A stretch of 64,000 nt of DNA, from the NCBI GenBank assembly GCA_041743505.1, contig JBGTMQ010000009.1:40012-104011 (forward strand). The letters run 5' to 3'. Shown here one piece after another: positions 9,457 through 18,849 of this stretch. Source of the stretch: Candidatus Saccharimonadia bacterium. GTDB taxonomy: Bacteria > Patescibacteriota > Saccharimonadia > UBA4664. A program made the translations under genes and the position numbers. Under the pieces are notes generated by a model, which saw only the letters and a program-made list of their open reading frames with translations, searched no databases and was not told where the DNA came from. Each line of letters starts with the position of its first letter. Positions within the stretch are counted from its first letter, which is position 1.

Positions 9457-10473
9457 ATGGATGACAAGCACGACCGCTATCAACCCGCCAAAGCTGCCGA
9501 AGGTCTAGGTATCGGGGCTGAGCGTTACGCCCACGAACTAGGCACGGCAGACAACGACATCGCAGACGCAGAAAGCGCCACGCCGGGCTCAAAACCCACC
9601 GAAAGCGCATCCGTGGCTACTGCCCGAGCCGCAGTTGAAGCAGCTACAGGCCCAACCGAGCCCGAAGCTGCACCCAATGATCAAATCCATACCTTCATCG
9701 ATGAATTAAACGCCCGGGCCGAGGACGCCCGAAGCGACGTCCATACCCGTAGTAGCGATTTGCAACTTATTGACGTCATTGAAAATACATTTTCGCCGCT
9801 CAAACGCACCCGTCTACGTAAATACTGGCAAGAGCACCAAACCGCCGACGCCATACACATCAAGCCCCCTGGCGAGTTGGATAACAACCCAGACGCCCTA
9901 GAGGGTTACATCCGGGAGGTAGCCAAAAAAGGTAACCCCTGGGCCGTTCGGCGGGAACAAATGCTCCTGAGAAACAAAATAGAACACCCCAGTGGCAAGC
10001 AGTACCGCGAAAAAATGCTGGCAGAGACACACCAGTTAGGAATACTTGCCGCAGCCGCCGGTGAAGCCGCCGTCGATCACTTCCGGCGCCTCCAATCGGG
10101 CGAGCCTCTCCCCGAAAACCCCGCTGCTCGCCAATTTGTAATTGATCTGCATCTCGAAACAGAGCATTCAGGCGCTAGTACTAATGATGCCAGGGGCAAA
10201 CGAGTGGAGGAGACAGCGGGGAACCGCTACGACGCGCTGTACGGATACCCACCGGCCGTAGAAGAACTGGTACGATACCAACTCATGGACGCCGGACCAG
10301 CCGCAAGCGAGTGGCACAATGCCGCCCGCGAGGCCGACCAATCCAAAGATAAGTTCTTTAAACCCGGTAAATTCGCAGCCTTAAAGCGGCGTATCCACGA
10401 GGCCCGTGAAGCCACCGCCTCGGCCGCCACAAAAAGCATCGGCCGTTTACGCACTCTTCAAATCGCCACTTAA
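9457..10473 (+). CDS. Hypothetical protein, Ala/acidic low-complexity N-terminus
   Basis: 338 aa ORF; TATTAT 6 nt before ATG (leaderless); no motif recognised. Confidence 0.7.
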   Translation: MDDKHDRYQPAKAAEGLGIGAERYAHELGTADNDIADAESATPGSKPTESASVATARAAVEAATGPTEPEAAPNDQIHTFIDELNARAEDARSDVHTRSSDLQLIDVIENTFSPLKRTRLRKYWQEHQTADAIHIKPPGELDNNPDALEGYIREVAKKGNPWAVRREQMLLRNKIEHPSGKQYREKMLAETHQLGILAAAAGEAAVDHFRRLQSGEPLPENPAARQFVIDLHLETEHSGASTNDARGKRVEETAGNRYDALYGYPPAVEELVRYQLMDAGPAASEWHNAAREADQSKDKFFKPGKFAALKRRIHEAREATASAATKSIGRLRTLQIAT

Positions 10474-10474
10474 G

Positions 10475-10620
10475 TTGACCGATAAGCACAAGAGTGTTAT
10501 AATCATTGACATGGTTCAGTTATCAAACTACAGCCTCATCAACGAGACAGCGACAGCTACGTTCTAGCCTGTCGGTAGTTTGCGATTTCCAAAAGTACTC
10601 CCGGCAGCGGGAGTTTTTGT
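10475..10620 (+). promoter_or_regulatory. Promoter plus ribosome-mediated threonine attenuator
   Basis: TTGACC-17-TATAAT; leader ORF; alternative pairings; terminator ACTCCCG-GCAG-CGGGAGT-TTTT at 10597-10618. Confidence 0.85.
10511..10567 (+). CDS. Leader peptide MVQLSNYSLINETATATF (Thr-sensing; not in ORF track)
   Basis: ATG 7 nt after TATAAT; ACA GCG ACA GCT ACG just before TTC TAG; upstream of ThrRS. Confidence 0.8.
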   Translation: MVQLSNYSLINETATATF

Positions 10621-10686
10621 TTCTCGACCCAAAACTCCATGTAGAACGGCACTCAGAGGCTAACCTACTAAAATGGAGCTTTTGTA

Positions 10687-12027
10687 ATGAAAGACAGTTA
10701 TTTTGTAATCAAAAAAGACGGCCAAATCGTCGAAGCTGCACCCTATCTTAAGGATGGCGGCGACTCGGATAATTTCAAATTATTCGTCCAACGCGAGGCC
10801 CTAAACCAAAACGTTAACCGCGGTTCCGAGGGCAAGCCCAAGTACCTGGGAGTTGCCAAAAAATTCGGCTTCAATTGGGAGCCAAATGCCGACGTCGGTA
10901 TTCTTCAGTATGACTACAAAGCCAACCTCATGAGCCGGCTCGTGCAGGACTATGCCCGTTCATTGGCGGGCAGGGTAGGGCTGCCGGTATATGAGGTTAA
11001 CGGGTCAAACATATTTAATATGGACCACCCGGTGGTGGAAGCCTACGCCAAACTCTACGGCGACAGATTGTACCAGTTCAAAGCTGGCAACAGCCAAGTC
11101 GTGATGAGCTACGACGCCAGCTACCCTCAGTTCAATCTAGCCGCTAGTCACTCACTAAGCCACAAGAATATACCATTCGCGCATTTCTCTATCTCAGACT
11201 GCTACCGCTATGAACAAAGCGGCGAATGCATGTTGCTCTACCGCCAGCGCCGGTTCTACATGCCTGATATTCATCCTTACTTCAAGGATGTGGCTGAAGC
11301 ATTCGAATGGTACCCCAGGCTGCAAGAGCAGATTCTGGCCGCCTCACAGGAGCTAAAGCGTGACTACGAGATGGTCATCGAGGTCTCGTCCCCTAAGCAT
11401 TGGGAGCAGTTTCAAGCAGAAATAAAAAAAGTCGCCGCCAACTTTGGCCGTGATGTCCTGGTTGGCGTCCACAACGACCAGGCCGACCGCTACTGGATCG
11501 TGAACGTCGATTACAAAATCATCGACGCCCTCGGACAATCCCGGGAGATCGCCTGTATCCAAATCGACGTCGGTAATGCACCTCGCCTCGGCATCAGCTA
11601 CATCAACGAAGCAGGCAACAGCCGGCACCCCGTTATCATCCATTCAGCTATCCCAGGTGGCATTGAACGCTATCTGTATATGGCGCTGGACGGATTCGAT
11701 AACGGCCTTCCGCTCTGGCTTTACCCAGTCCAAATCCGCCTCGTCCCGGTCAGCGACCAACACGTCAGTCTCTGCCAAAAGCTCGTTGCTGACAACGCCC
11801 ACCAACCAGTCCGTATCGAAATCGACGACCGAAATGAAAGTGTCGGCAAAAAAGTCAAACAAGCCCACGAAGACCTGGTCCCATTAGTAGTCGTGATAGG
11901 GGAGAAGGAGCAAGCAAATGGCGCCATAGAGCTGGATAAAGCTATCGCCCAAATCCTAGGCTCCTCGCTCAACCGCCCATTCATCCCGCGCCAGTGGCCA
12001 GAGCTAGTGAGCCGGCAAATACATTGA
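10687..12027 (+). CDS. thrS: Threonyl-tRNA synthetase, archaeal-type catalytic + anticodon domains, no editing domain
   Basis: YRYEQSGE, RRFYMPDIH, IIHSAIPGGIERY, PLWLYPVQIRLVPV, DDRNESVGKK; Thr-rich leader peptide independently supports Thr specificity. Confidence 0.82.
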   Translation: MKDSYFVIKKDGQIVEAAPYLKDGGDSDNFKLFVQREALNQNVNRGSEGKPKYLGVAKKFGFNWEPNADVGILQYDYKANLMSRLVQDYARSLAGRVGLPVYEVNGSNIFNMDHPVVEAYAKLYGDRLYQFKAGNSQVVMSYDASYPQFNLAASHSLSHKNIPFAHFSISDCYRYEQSGECMLLYRQRRFYMPDIHPYFKDVAEAFEWYPRLQEQILAASQELKRDYEMVIEVSSPKHWEQFQAEIKKVAANFGRDVLVGVHNDQADRYWIVNVDYKIIDALGQSREIACIQIDVGNAPRLGISYINEAGNSRHPVIIHSAIPGGIERYLYMALDGFDNGLPLWLYPVQIRLVPVSDQHVSLCQKLVADNAHQPVRIEIDDRNESVGKKVKQAHEDLVPLVVVIGEKEQANGAIELDKAIAQILGSSLNRPFIPRQWPELVSRQIH

Positions 12028-12087
12028 TCCAGCTTATTTGTAGTACAATACCTGCTATCTTTCTTCCGACTACAGAGAGAGGCACCT

Positions 12088-13092
12088 ATGGACACACGCG
12101 AGTTCGTCAAGGCCTATCCCGATAGCCTCAAGCCCGGGCAGATACATAGCGGTCCGCACTCCGCGCTAATTCATGACGCACAGGAGTGGTCGTATCGTTT
12201 TGGACTGCTCTTGCACATGCTGTTATCTAGCCAGGCCAATGACGCACCCAGCATGCCCACTGACGACTTTGACGATTACATGGGCTGGGCTAAGCACAAT
12301 GTTAGTGACCAAGAAATAGACTTGATCACTCAGCCAGACGGGCTGAGAGCTCGTAATGAAATTAATTTTCATACCATGAACCGGTGCATGGTAAACCTAT
12401 GGACGCCGCTCTTCTCGCGACTGTGGTCTTCCGACAAAGAGCGGCTCAGTCAGCTAGCCTACAGCCAACGTACGCTAGCCTTCATGGGTACGGTTTACTA
12501 TGTGAGCCGGCAGGATTACACGAAACACCACGGAGATCACGCACTCTTTGAACCGGCATTCAAAGAGATACTCGGTACCATGAATGGCTTCATGCAGGAA
12601 TACGATGCCGCCATCATCCTGCTCGACATCATCCGGCGTCACCCAAGTCTCACGCTAGTGCCGGCGCCATTGCAATTTGAGCGCACCATCAAGCGCACCA
12701 ATGTCGACTTCATTGTGACCGACGTAGTGTCACAGCAAGCGGTGGGGATCCAGGTTAAGACCAACGTCCGCCAGTCGGACATTAACATAGCCGACAGCGA
12801 CCGCGTCGTGCTTATAGATGGCAATGTCGATTTGCAAAATGTTAAAGCCGTCCGCACCCGACGCAGACAGTCCGACCAGCGGGTCGTGCCCTGGCCCGGC
12901 TTGATCGCCGCTCATTATATCCAGTCACTTCGGGCCAAAGGTAGCGGCCCTGAGCGCATGTCTACGCACGAACTCCAAAGCCAACTCCGCCTTAAGATGC
13001 ACGTCCAGCCACACATCGGCGGCATCAGAGTTGACCGTCGGGAAATCGCCAAGTCCATTGGCGAGCGCATACTGGCAAAACTCTACACCTGA
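12088..13092 (+). CDS. Hypothetical protein with possible PD-(D/E)XK nuclease fold
   Basis: QEYD...VDFIV...GIQVKT spacing resembles E..D..QxK; GAGAGG SD. Confidence 0.55.
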   Translation: MDTREFVKAYPDSLKPGQIHSGPHSALIHDAQEWSYRFGLLLHMLLSSQANDAPSMPTDDFDDYMGWAKHNVSDQEIDLITQPDGLRARNEINFHTMNRCMVNLWTPLFSRLWSSDKERLSQLAYSQRTLAFMGTVYYVSRQDYTKHHGDHALFEPAFKEILGTMNGFMQEYDAAIILLDIIRRHPSLTLVPAPLQFERTIKRTNVDFIVTDVVSQQAVGIQVKTNVRQSDINIADSDRVVLIDGNVDLQNVKAVRTRRRQSDQRVVPWPGLIAAHYIQSLRAKGSGPERMSTHELQSQLRLKMHVQPHIGGIRVDRREIAKSIGERILAKLYT

Positions 13093-13197
13093 CGTCCCGA
13101 CATCCGTTGTCCCGCTAGCCGCTTAATCTCCTCAAGCCCCCGGTGAGCATCCAATATGCATCCACCGGGGGCTCCTTATATAGCCAGACACTTACTT

Positions 13198-14058
13198 TTA
13201 CCGGCTATTAACAATATAAGCAAAGTTTGCTTTCAAGTAGGCAATGGCTTTCTCAAATGCCCGGGCCTCCTGAAGCGCTTGGTCCTTGTCCTTATCAAAC
13301 CATGTTATATGCTCTGCCTGTTCGGCTATACGGCGAAACACGCCTCTCCAAGCTAACTGGTCAATATCAGGGATTTCTTCAAAAACTTTTAGGTCTTCGT
13401 GCTGTGCATCTTCCCAAGTTATCGCGTCCACAAGCATAATTCCTTCGGCAAACCCGCTGGGAGCCCAGGCAGGCGAAAAATCAATAACAGCTACTGGTAA
13501 GCCATCTGCAACCAAAAGATTACCAGATAAATCCCCGTGGATTAACTGGCTAGGCGCATCATATGGCTTGAGGTAAGGTGTGATCTGGCTTATTAGTTCG
13601 GCAAACTCTGGGCCATAATCAAACTCACGTTTTTGCCACACTACTAAATCAGCCGCCAACCACGAGCTTGATGCAGAACCAACAAACAATGGCTTAGGCG
13701 CATTACTGAGTAGGCTATGGAATGCCCTGCTAGCCTTCAATTTATCCCCGTACTGACCCTTTATATGATCTCCAGATAAGAACGACCAGGCTACATAGCC
13801 GTCATGTATCCATGAACCTCGAACAGATTTGATCGGTCGCGCAAAACGGACGTCAGCCGACTCGGGTAAGCTGTCAAAAAGCTCAGCGGCCCAAGCACCT
13901 CCGTCATCGCCTTCTGCGGGCTTAAGCACAATTTCGCCGGCACGATACGTAGTACCTTGTCCGCCTGCGAGACGTACCGGCTCAACCGAAGATCCAAAAG
14001 CTTCGGCCGTAGCAATAGTCGGCGGTGTTGCATTAACACCATAAAAATCTAACTTCAT
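13198..14058 (-). CDS. Aminoglycoside phosphotransferase / kinase-like protein
   Basis: LAGGQGTT, VLKP, LIHGDLSGN, VIDFSP. Confidence 0.8.
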   Translation of the reverse strand: MKLDFYGVNATPPTIATAEAFGSSVEPVRLAGGQGTTYRAGEIVLKPAEGDDGGAWAAELFDSLPESADVRFARPIKSVRGSWIHDGYVAWSFLSGDHIKGQYGDKLKASRAFHSLLSNAPKPLFVGSASSSWLAADLVVWQKREFDYGPEFAELISQITPYLKPYDAPSQLIHGDLSGNLLVADGLPVAVIDFSPAWAPSGFAEGIMLVDAITWEDAQHEDLKVFEEIPDIDQLAWRGVFRRIAEQAEHITWFDKDKDQALQEARAFEKAIAYLKANFAYIVNSR

Positions 14059-14071
14059 ACAAATAATACCT

Positions 14072-14146
14072 TGGTAGTCCCAAGGGGATTCGAACCCCTG
14101 TTACCGACGTGAGAGGCCAGCGTCCTAACCGCTAGACGATGGGACC
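14072..14146 (-). tRNA. tRNA-Glu (anticodon CUC), CCA encoded
   Basis: Minus strand GGTCCCATCGTCTAGCGGTTAGGACGCTGGCCT-CTC-ACGTCGGTAACAGGGGTTCGAATCCCCTTGGGACTACCA folds as a cloverleaf. Confidence 0.96.
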
Positions 14147-14261
14147 ACAACTTTAGTAAGGTACCATATTTGAGGGGAACTGTCCAGACAACCGAGCTGG
14201 CCAGATATCCGGTGGGTTGCGGTCCGGGACGGTTTCCACCATAATCTTAAACGTAAGCATC

Positions 14262-16082
14262 ATGGTGGAACAACAAAGAAATCTCATATTGTTAGCGCGG
14301 GCGCAGGCGGCTATAGGCGGCTTGATCGCCATGACTGTTTTTGCCATCTACGGAGTCCAGCCAAGCCTGCTGGATAACGCCAGTACATGGATTGGGCCGG
14401 CCATTTTGGGCGCCATCGGTGTTATTTACTATTTGACCTTTCATCAGGTGATAGGACGGCGGCGGCCGGCTTTATCGGCCCTGATCCTAACCGTTATTAC
14501 CGTACTAAACTTTATCCTTGTCATCGCTTCGACCGGCGGGCTCGACTCGCCGTATTATGCTCTCTGGCTGCTAGCCATTGTAGCCGCCGGCATTTTTGGT
14601 ACAGTCGAAACTGTCGTGCTACTCAGCGCCACGATTCTGTATTTTGCCTACGAGATTGTACGCGAAGGGATGCACGCCCCGTTTATTCAAGATCACCTGA
14701 TACTGCTGGTTATCACCTTACTAGCAGCCGGACTAGCCGAATGGATTCATACCCGCAACCGCCACGTAGCAGCCCAGAGCAACAAGCTCCAAACCTTGTC
14801 CGGCAAACTAACCGAAGAACAGCTGAAAGCTCAAGCCTTAATGTCGAGCATCGGCGAGGGCGTGCTGGTAGTGGACGAATCCGGTCACATCAAGCTATTC
14901 AACAAGGCCGCCCAGCAATTAACCGGCTGGGATGAAAGCAGTGCCGAGAATATTGATTACAATCTGGTGCTCCAGCTTCACATGGCCGACGACGGGGAAG
15001 TCGATAAAAGCAACGATCCGTTTGAGCAAGTCTGGGCCAAGAAAGCTCCGGTCGTCCGTGACGATCTGGTAGTGCTAACCCGCTCCGGCCGCAAGATTCA
15101 AGTTAATTTGTCAGTTTCACCCATCACCGATAATGACGGCGAGCTGACCGGCGCTATTGGCTTATTCCGCGACATTAGCCGCGAAAAAGCCGTGGAGCGG
15201 CAAAAGGACGAGTTCGTCAGCACAGCCAGCCACGAAATGCGCACACCGGTAGCGGCTATAGAGGGCTACATTTCATTGGCCATGAACGCCAATGTAGCGA
15301 CCATTGATGACCGGGCCAAGAAATATCTCGACAAGGCCCACGAAACCATCCAGCACCTCGGTGAGCTATTCCGTGACTTGTTGAGCGTCGCCAAAGCCGA
15401 GGAAGGCCAATTAAACGCCAAAATCGAATCGGTAAATATGGGCGAGCTGCTCCGCAGCACCGTGGATGACATGCAGTTTGCCGCCCAAAAGAAGGGCCTC
15501 ACGCTCATCTTGCAGACCTCGGAATCAGGCGGCAAGACTATTACGCCCTTGTATTACGTTGCTGCTAGCCCCGAGCGCCTGCGTGAAGTCCTCATGAACC
15601 TCATTGATAATGCCATCAAATACACGGCCCAGGGCGGCATCAAAGTCACCCTCAAAGGCGACGACAAAGAGGTGAGGGTAGCAGTAAACGATACGGGCGT
15701 AGGCATCGCCGCCGAAGACATTCCGCATTTGTTCCAAAAATTCTACCGCATCGATAACTCGGCCACTCGGACCATCGGCGGCACCGGCCTGGGCTTGTAC
15801 CTGTGTCGGCAAATGATTGAGCTGTTCAACGGCCGAATCTGGATCGAGTCCAAATTCAACCAGGGCTCCACCTTTAATGTCAGCCTACCACGACTAAGCG
15901 AAGAGGAGGCCAAGCGATTACAAGCCAATGCCGGCATGCCTACCAGCCAGACAACCACTGCCATTCCGGGCGGCGTAGTCCAGCCAGGAGCCTCCGCCGG
16001 CCCGGCAATTACCCAACCCATCCCTATGCCAGTTCCGGCCGAACAAGAAGACCAAACTTCACATCGGATTCTGATTCGATAA
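14262..16082 (+). CDS. Multi-TM PAS-domain sensor histidine kinase
   Basis: ASHEMRTP H-box, NLIDNAIKY, DTGVGI, GTGLGL; PAS segment; about six TM helices; start uncertain. Confidence 0.92.
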   Translation: MVEQQRNLILLARAQAAIGGLIAMTVFAIYGVQPSLLDNASTWIGPAILGAIGVIYYLTFHQVIGRRRPALSALILTVITVLNFILVIASTGGLDSPYYALWLLAIVAAGIFGTVETVVLLSATILYFAYEIVREGMHAPFIQDHLILLVITLLAAGLAEWIHTRNRHVAAQSNKLQTLSGKLTEEQLKAQALMSSIGEGVLVVDESGHIKLFNKAAQQLTGWDESSAENIDYNLVLQLHMADDGEVDKSNDPFEQVWAKKAPVVRDDLVVLTRSGRKIQVNLSVSPITDNDGELTGAIGLFRDISREKAVERQKDEFVSTASHEMRTPVAAIEGYISLAMNANVATIDDRAKKYLDKAHETIQHLGELFRDLLSVAKAEEGQLNAKIESVNMGELLRSTVDDMQFAAQKKGLTLILQTSESGGKTITPLYYVAASPERLREVLMNLIDNAIKYTAQGGIKVTLKGDDKEVRVAVNDTGVGIAAEDIPHLFQKFYRIDNSATRTIGGTGLGLYLCRQMIELFNGRIWIESKFNQGSTFNVSLPRLSEEEAKRLQANAGMPTSQTTTAIPGGVVQPGASAGPAITQPIPMPVPAEQEDQTSHRILIR

Positions 16083-16125
16083 TATATTGCTAAGCATAAC
16101 TTAAACGTATACACTAACATTACAT

Positions 16126-16494
16126 ATGGCAAAGATACTCCTCGTTGAAGACGACACCAACCTACGCGAGATATACTCGGCTCGTTTCGCTGCCGAAGAT
16201 TATCAAGTAATTACCGCCAGCGATGGCGAAGAAGCCTTAGCAACAGCTGTACGTGAACGCCCCGACTTAATTGTACTCGACGTCATGATGCCCAAGATCT
16301 CCGGTTTTGATGTACTAGATATCCTGCGCAGCACACCAGAGACCAAAGAGACCAAAGTAATCATGATGACCGCCCTCAGTCAGGACACCGACCGCCAGCG
16401 CGGAGAGAGCCTGGGCGTTAACCAGTATCTCATTAAGTCCCAGGTCACTCTCGAAGACGTCGTCAATGCCGTCAAGCAGCAGCTCGGCTCCTAA
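16126..16494 (+). CDS. Single-domain response regulator
   Basis: LLVEDD, LDVMMP, MTALS, IKS; no output domain. Confidence 0.93.
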   Translation: MAKILLVEDDTNLREIYSARFAAEDYQVITASDGEEALATAVRERPDLIVLDVMMPKISGFDVLDILRSTPETKETKVIMMTALSQDTDRQRGESLGVNQYLIKSQVTLEDVVNAVKQQLGS

Positions 16495-16622
16495 ATTTCG
16501 TTAATCTTGGCAAAATAGAGAAACTCTTTGTAAGTTTCTTTTATTTTTATGAGTTCCGCCAAAGCAGCCTAAGCTTTAACCCAGGTATCATAACGGTCTA
16601 GCCAATGTGGAGGAGGATAGCC

Positions 16623-16919
16623 ATGGCAGCACGAGACAAAGCACGCAAGCACGACCAAGACAATGCAGCTGACGAGTTCTATGAGGTTATGCCGTATACG
16701 CCAAGCGCACCGTATGCCGACTGGATAGGCAACCAGGCAGCCGAGAATGATGCGCCGGATAAGGACTTTGCCAGCATCGAAGATGAAGGCAGGGCCGTTG
16801 CCATTCAAACACTAGTATTTGTGGCTCTAGCCACTCTGGCCATCTGCGCCCTGCTGATCTGGGGCGTCGAGGCAGCCAGACAAACATTTCCGCCGGCCGG
16901 CACAGCCGCCGGACTATAG
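16623..16919 (+). CDS. Hypothetical single-TM protein
   Basis: GGAGGA SD before ATG 16623; acidic N-terminus and one TM. Confidence 0.65.
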   Translation: MAARDKARKHDQDNAADEFYEVMPYTPSAPYADWIGNQAAENDAPDKDFASIEDEGRAVAIQTLVFVALATLAICALLIWGVEAARQTFPPAGTAAGL

Positions 16920-16962
16920 ACCAGTGGTAGCTTAAGCAATACCGGCTTGGTACAATAGCACC

Positions 16963-17673
16963 ATGATTGGTGGAGCGCCTAACATGTCTCACACGGTGGC
17001 AACAGCGGAATTTGAAGGACCATTGGCGTTGCTGCTTGAGCTCGTGGAACGTCAAAAGCTGGAGGTAACCGACATTTCAATCGCCGCTATCACCACCGGC
17101 TATTTGCAGCATGTCCGCACCCTCGACAGTCAAAGCCCGGAACAACTGAGCGAATTCTTGCAACTCGGGGCAAGGTTGCTGTACGTGAAAAGTCTAGCTC
17201 TGCTGCCCAAGGAGGCCGGCCAGGAGCAAGCCGAGGAACTGCACCAGCTTAATCTGGAGCTGGAAGAATACCGACGGTACCAACAAGCCGCCCGGGAGTT
17301 AGGCCGGCTATCAAGCCGTTCCAGCTGGCAGCGACAGGCGGTATCGCGGCTAGAGCCTCACGAGCTGCCTCTGCCGGACATTAGTCTGGCTCGTCTCGCC
17401 GAAGCTTTCCAGATAGCCATCCGCCGGGCCGAACCCACCCGGCCACAAGGCATACTACGCGCTCACATCAGCCAAGAATCCATTATGAAATCGCTGCGCC
17501 GCCGCCTCTCACATGGAGCTTTTGAGCTCCATGCTTTGCTCGACGGCGCCAAGGACCGGTTGGAGATCGTGGTGACATTCCTGGCTGTGCTCGAGCTCAT
17601 TAAGCTGGCTGAACTGCGAGTAGTCCAAAGCGGCCAATTTGGAGCCATTACCATGGAGCCGGCCCATGGCTAA
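16963..17673 (+). CDS. scpA: Segregation and condensation protein A
   Basis: FEGPLALLLELV, FLAVLELIK; alternative start 16984. Confidence 0.93.
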   Translation: MIGGAPNMSHTVATAEFEGPLALLLELVERQKLEVTDISIAAITTGYLQHVRTLDSQSPEQLSEFLQLGARLLYVKSLALLPKEAGQEQAEELHQLNLELEEYRRYQQAARELGRLSSRSSWQRQAVSRLEPHELPLPDISLARLAEAFQIAIRRAEPTRPQGILRAHISQESIMKSLRRRLSHGAFELHALLDGAKDRLEIVVTFLAVLELIKLAELRVVQSGQFGAITMEPAHG

Positions 17674-18175
17674 CTCTTCCACCATAAACGTACTTGAAGC
17701 CTTACTATTCGTAGCCAACGAACCATTGACCGCCGGCCGGCTAGCCCAATTAACCGAACAAGACCTCGCCGAAGTCGAACCAGCCTTAATGCAACTCGAA
17801 GCCAAATTAGCCAACAGCGGCCTTCAGCTAGTCTGCCACAACGGCGAATACCGGCTGGTGACCGCACCCGCTGCCACCGAGGCAGTCCGCCGGTACCTTC
17901 AGGCCGAAACGCGCAGCGATTTGTCAAAACCTGCACTAGAAACTCTGGCGATCATTGCATACCGTGGACCGCTCACCCGGACCAGGCTCGACGACATCCG
18001 GGGCGTGGCCAGCGATACCATGCTTCGCAATTTGCTAGCCCGTGGTCTGATCACCGAGCAAGGCACAGCCACGGAGCCGGGTAAACCAACCCTGTATGCC
18101 GTCAGTCATACATTCTTAAATCACTTCGGCCTCGCCTCACTCAAGGAACTGCCTCCACTCGAGGAGACCGTCTAG
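17666..18175 (+). CDS. scpB: SMC-Scp complex subunit ScpB
   Basis: LEALLF, LETLAIIAYRGP, IRGV, FLNHFGL. Confidence 0.94.
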   Translation: MANSSTINVLEALLFVANEPLTAGRLAQLTEQDLAEVEPALMQLEAKLANSGLQLVCHNGEYRLVTAPAATEAVRRYLQAETRSDLSKPALETLAIIAYRGPLTRTRLDDIRGVASDTMLRNLLARGLITEQGTATEPGKPTLYAVSHTFLNHFGLASLKELPPLEETV

Positions 18176-18177
18176 AC

Positions 18178-18849
18178 GTGAGAATCAACCAATACGTCGC
18201 CGCTGCCACCGGATTGTCGCGACGAGCGGCTGACACAGCTGTTACGGCCGGTCGGGTTACTATTGATGGCAAAGTCGCCATACTCGGTCAAATCGTCGGC
18301 CCAAACGCCAAGGTGACACTTGATAAGGCGACCGTCAGTCTGCCCGCTACTCACACCTACATCATGCTCCACAAGCCAGCCGGCTACGTTACCAGCCGCG
18401 CCCGGCAAGGCCGCATACCCACCATTTATGAATTGCTGCCACCACCGTACAGCCGGCTACGGCCGGCCGGCCGGCTCGATCAAGAATCCAGCGGGTTATT
18501 GCTGCTCAGCAATGACGGCCTTTTTATCCAGCATCTGACCCACCCTTCATACGGCAAGACAAAGCGCTACGAGCTCACCCTGGACTGCCCCGTTACCACG
18601 AATCATCAGCAAGAGCTCGAGGAGGGCGTTGACCTAACAGATGGGCCAAGCCGCCTTCACGTAGTCGCATCCCATGGTCGCACTCTTACTGTGGAACTCG
18701 CAGAAGGCCGCAACCGCCAAATCCGGCGCACCATGGGCGCGTTGGGGTACACCATTAGCCGGCTGCATCGAACCGAAGTCGGGCCATTTTGCCTGGACCA
18801 ACTCAAACCAGGGACCTGGACCATCATCACACCGGAGGCCGGGTCATGA
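18178..18849 (+). CDS. rluB: rRNA pseudouridine synthase, RsuA/RluB family
   Basis: S4 domain SRRAAD, HKPAGY, GRLD, EGRNRQIRR; follows scpAB. Confidence 0.85.
   Translation: MRINQYVAAATGLSRRAADTAVTAGRVTIDGKVAILGQIVGPNAKVTLDKATVSLPATHTYIMLHKPAGYVTSRARQGRIPTIYELLPPPYSRLRPAGRLDQESSGLLLLSNDGLFIQHLTHPSYGKTKRYELTLDCPVTTNHQQELEEGVDLTDGPSRLHVVASHGRTLTVELAEGRNRQIRRTMGALGYTISRLHRTEVGPFCLDQLKPGTWTIITPEAGS

Noticed and set aside
10506-10751. 81-aa ORF from the track over the thrS leader
   Set aside because: It crosses a terminator and overlaps thrS out of frame; the 18-aa ORF at 10511 explains the region.
1-14072. Integrative island bounded by a duplicated tRNA-Glu 3' end
   Set aside because: No copy of the tRNA 3' sequence and no integrase seen; a boundary could lie outside the window.
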